Source of the DNA: Alphaproteobacteria bacterium
GTDB lineage: Bacteria; Pseudomonadota; Alphaproteobacteria; VGEJ01
Direction of reading: 5' to 3'
Assembly: GCA_965219135.1 (NCBI GenBank)
Contig: CBDCMV010000002.1
Span: 737,092-801,091 of the forward strand
DNA: 64,000 nt
The translations under genes were made by a program, and so were the position numbers. The notes under the pieces were generated by a model. The model was not told the DNA's origin. It saw only the letters and a program-made list of their open reading frames with translations, and searched no databases. Of this stretch, positions 62,006 through 64,000 are shown piece by piece; the stretch's first letter is position 1; each line of letters starts with the position of its first letter.

Positions 62006-63169
62006 ATGGCAAAAGAAACGGCTGCGCGACGGCTGCGCTTGGGAATGGTTGGCGGCGGGGTCGGCAGCTTTATCGGCGAGTCTCACCGTATCGCAGCGCG
62101 CATGGACGACCGCTATACGTTGGTCGCGGGGTGCCTCGGTTCGAGCCCTGATTCGGCGGCGCGAGGCGCGGCTCAGATTGGCCTCGAGCGTTCCTATCCG
62201 ACCTATGACGAGATGCTCGAAGGCGAGACGGGTCGTGAGGACGGCATCGAGGTAGTGATGGTCGTGACCCCCAACAACTCACACCACGTGATCTGTAAGG
62301 CCTTTCTCGAAGCCGACATCGACGTGATTTGCGACAAGCCGCTGACGATCAGCGTGGCCGAGGCCCGCGATCTGGTACAGACAGTGCGGCGAACCGGCCG
62401 CTTCTTGGGGGTCACGTACACCTACTGCGGCTACGCGATGGTGCGTGAGGCTCGCTCGTTGATCGCCGACGGAGCGCTGGGCCCGATCCGCGTCGTCCAG
62501 AGCGAGTTCGTCAGCGGTTGGATGTCCACCGCGGTCGAGGCGGAAGATCAGAAGCAGGCGGCGTGGCGGGCCGACCCCGCCATCAGCGGGCCGACGCTGG
62601 TGGTCGGCGACCTCGGCTCTCACGCCTTCCACTTGGGCGAGTACGTATCGAGCTGCCGCGCCACGACGCTCTCGGCCGACCTCCACACCTTCGTCGAGGG
62701 GCGCGAGCTAGAGGACAACGCGCAGATTCTGCTCCACTACGAAAACGGCGCCCGCGGTGCGCTTTGGACTTCGGTCGTGGCGGCCGGCGAGAATGTAGGC
62801 CTGCGCTTCCGCGTTTACGGCGAGAAGGGACACCTCGCGTGGGACCAGCGCGCGGCCAACCAGTTGACGCTGGCGTTGAATGGCCAGCCGCCGCGGCTCC
62901 TGGATCGGGGTGAAGGCACAGCGCCGGCCACCCAGCGGGCGTCGCGCGTCTTCGCGGGCCTATCGGAAGGCTTCTTCGAGGCCTTCGCCAACCTCTACAC
63001 GGACTATGCCGACGTGATCATCGCACACCGCGCCGAGACCGACCCCGACCCGCTGGCGCTGTGGTCGCCCGATGTCGAAGATGGGGCGCGCGGGATGGGC
63101 TTCGTTGAGACGGTCCTCGAATCGGCCGGCAACGGCGGCGCTTGGACCGATTTCGGGTCGCTGTTCTAG
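62006..63169 (+). CDS. Gfo/Idh/MocA-family NAD(P)-dependent oxidoreductase
   Basis: 387 aa. N-terminal Rossmann LRLGMVGGGVGSFIG. GFO_IDH_MocA N and C domains. Confidence 0.85.
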   Translation: MAKETAARRLRLGMVGGGVGSFIGESHRIAARMDDRYTLVAGCLGSSPDSAARGAAQIGLERSYPTYDEMLEGETGREDGIEVVMVVTPNNSHHVICKAFLEADIDVICDKPLTISVAEARDLVQTVRRTGRFLGVTYTYCGYAMVREARSLIADGALGPIRVVQSEFVSGWMSTAVEAEDQKQAAWRADPAISGPTLVVGDLGSHAFHLGEYVSSCRATTLSADLHTFVEGRELEDNAQILLHYENGARGALWTSVVAAGENVGLRFRVYGEKGHLAWDQRAANQLTLALNGQPPRLLDRGEGTAPATQRASRVFAGLSEGFFEAFANLYTDYADVIIAHRAETDPDPLALWSPDVEDGARGMGFVETVLESAGNGGAWTDFGSLF

Positions 63170-63408
63170 CCGGTGCCTGCAAGCTCTTCATAGAGGCTTT
63201 CGCCGGCCTCGGTCGGGATCCACACCGCGCCCGGCCCCACGTCCCAACCGCGCTCTTCGATCAGCCCGGCCTCGGCCAAGGTCTCGATCGCGGCGGGCGC
63301 GTCGAAGGCACGGTTGAGCATGACCGCCGAGACGCCGCGCACGGGCCGCGGCGCGATACACAGCTTTTCAAGTATTTTGAACTGGGCGCTGTCGCGTTTG
63401 ATCTGCAT
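63166..63408 (-). CDS. Hypothetical small protein
   Basis: 80-aa ORF convergent with the oxidoreductase. No recognisable domain. Coding status uncertain. Confidence 0.3.
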   Translation of the reverse strand: MQIKRDSAQFKILEKLCIAPRPVRGVSAVMLNRAFDAPAAIETLAEAGLIEERGWDVGPGAVWIPTEAGESLYEELAGTG

Positions 63409-63561
63409 CCGTGTGGGTTAGCATGCGTGCGCCGGGTTCCGCAACGCGCGAGCCGGCGGCACGCTGGGCTGGCGATCGCGGTTCCCAACCGTTCGCGTCC
63501 ACGGTACAGTGTCGCGCAAGCCCGGCGCGGCTCGGGCACCATCCGCTGGGGGACCCGAAGC

Positions 63562-63878
63562 ATGCCAGACATCAAGCAAACTGTGACCTTCAACGGGCGG
63601 CCAAGGGCGGCAAGACCAAGCTTAGCTTCAGCCACACCGGCGTGCCGGCGGCCTCGCTCAAGGGGATCACGACGGGCTGGAAGGGATCGTACTGGACGCC
63701 GCTGAATACCGCGCTAAAGCCAACCGCCGCCGCCAAGCCCAAAAAGAAGGTCGCCCCCGCGCGGCGTGCCAGGGCCGCGGCCGCGCGCAAGCCCCCGGCA
63801 AGCGCGCGCGGCTCTAAATCCGCGGCGGCTCGGACCAGCCGAGTCCGTGCGGCCGCGCGCGCTCGCCGCCGCAAATAG
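63562..63878 (+). pseudogene. SRPBCC/AHSA1-family protein with an internal out-of-frame deletion (N-terminal 11 aa joined to the last about 35 aa), carrying a Lys/Ala/Pro-rich histone-H1-like C-terminal tail
   Basis: MPDIKQTVTFN (canonical AHSA1-family start) in one frame. After about 40 nt the +1 frame reads ...GGKTKLSFSHTGVPAASLKGITTGWKGSYWTPLNTALK (the family's C-terminal strand/helix), then PTAAAKPKKKVAPARRARAAAARKPP...RARRRK*. About 100 aa of the fold's middle are absent. Confidence 0.5.
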
Positions 63879-63902
63879 ACGTCCTCACCGGGCGCGGCAG
63901 GC

Positions 63903-64000
63903 GTCCATGTTCTCGATCGGCTTCGCGATGACGCTGCGGCCCGGCGCCTATGATGAATACAAACGCGCGCACGACGATCCGTGGCCGGAACTGGTGGAGG
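63903..64000 (+). CDS. L-rhamnose mutarotase-like protein, N-terminal part (continues beyond the window)
   Basis: MFSIGFAMTLRPGAYDEYKRAHDDPWPELVE matches the RhaM N-terminus. Confidence 0.55.

Overview
This is a high-GC (about 67-68%) bacterial chromosomal segment. Gene content and organisation suggest a proteobacterium (alphaproteobacterium-like), but I cannot assign a taxon from sequence alone. I recognise about 70 features.

Long housekeeping genes appear intact: glyQ/glyS, thrB/thrC, ispB, sppA, msrB, cspA, upp, otsA/otsB, glk, dinB, amn, and a tRNA-Pro(CGG).

Embedded among them are:
(i) a URC-type uracil-catabolism cluster (a GTP-cyclohydrolase-II-like URC1 homologue, a DUF1688/URC4 homologue and UPRT), lying divergently next to AMP nucleosidase;
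(ii) aldarate/uronate-type catabolic genes (a UxaA/GarD-family dehydratase, an MR/MLE enolase-superfamily enzyme, a KGSA-type aldehyde dehydrogenase, DUF72, RidA);
(iii) a trehalose cluster otsB-GH15-otsA-glk;
(iv) a translationally coupled TetR - LolA-like - FtsX permease x2 - ABC ATPase - beta-barrel export operon;
(v) a complete IS5-family element with clear inverted repeats and a target-site duplication, an IS1182-family element, and an IS1202/ISNCY-like transposase fragment.

The most unusual property is the density of inactivated accessory genes. I count 2 in-frame amber codons, at least 9 frameshifts, and at least 7 truncated or fused gene fragments. These include an aldo-keto reductase::histidine ammonia-lyase chimeric ORF, a PPDK N-terminal stub, a UgpE C-terminal stub, a solute-binding-protein remnant without a signal peptide, a caspase-domain remnant, and an SRPBCC gene with an internal deletion. 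All the long essential genes carry none. That distribution argues for real, ongoing gene decay with IS activity rather than random sequencing error, but read-level verification is essential.

No CRISPR array was seen. My own coordinates may be off by 1-2 nt; coordinates taken from the ORF track are exact.
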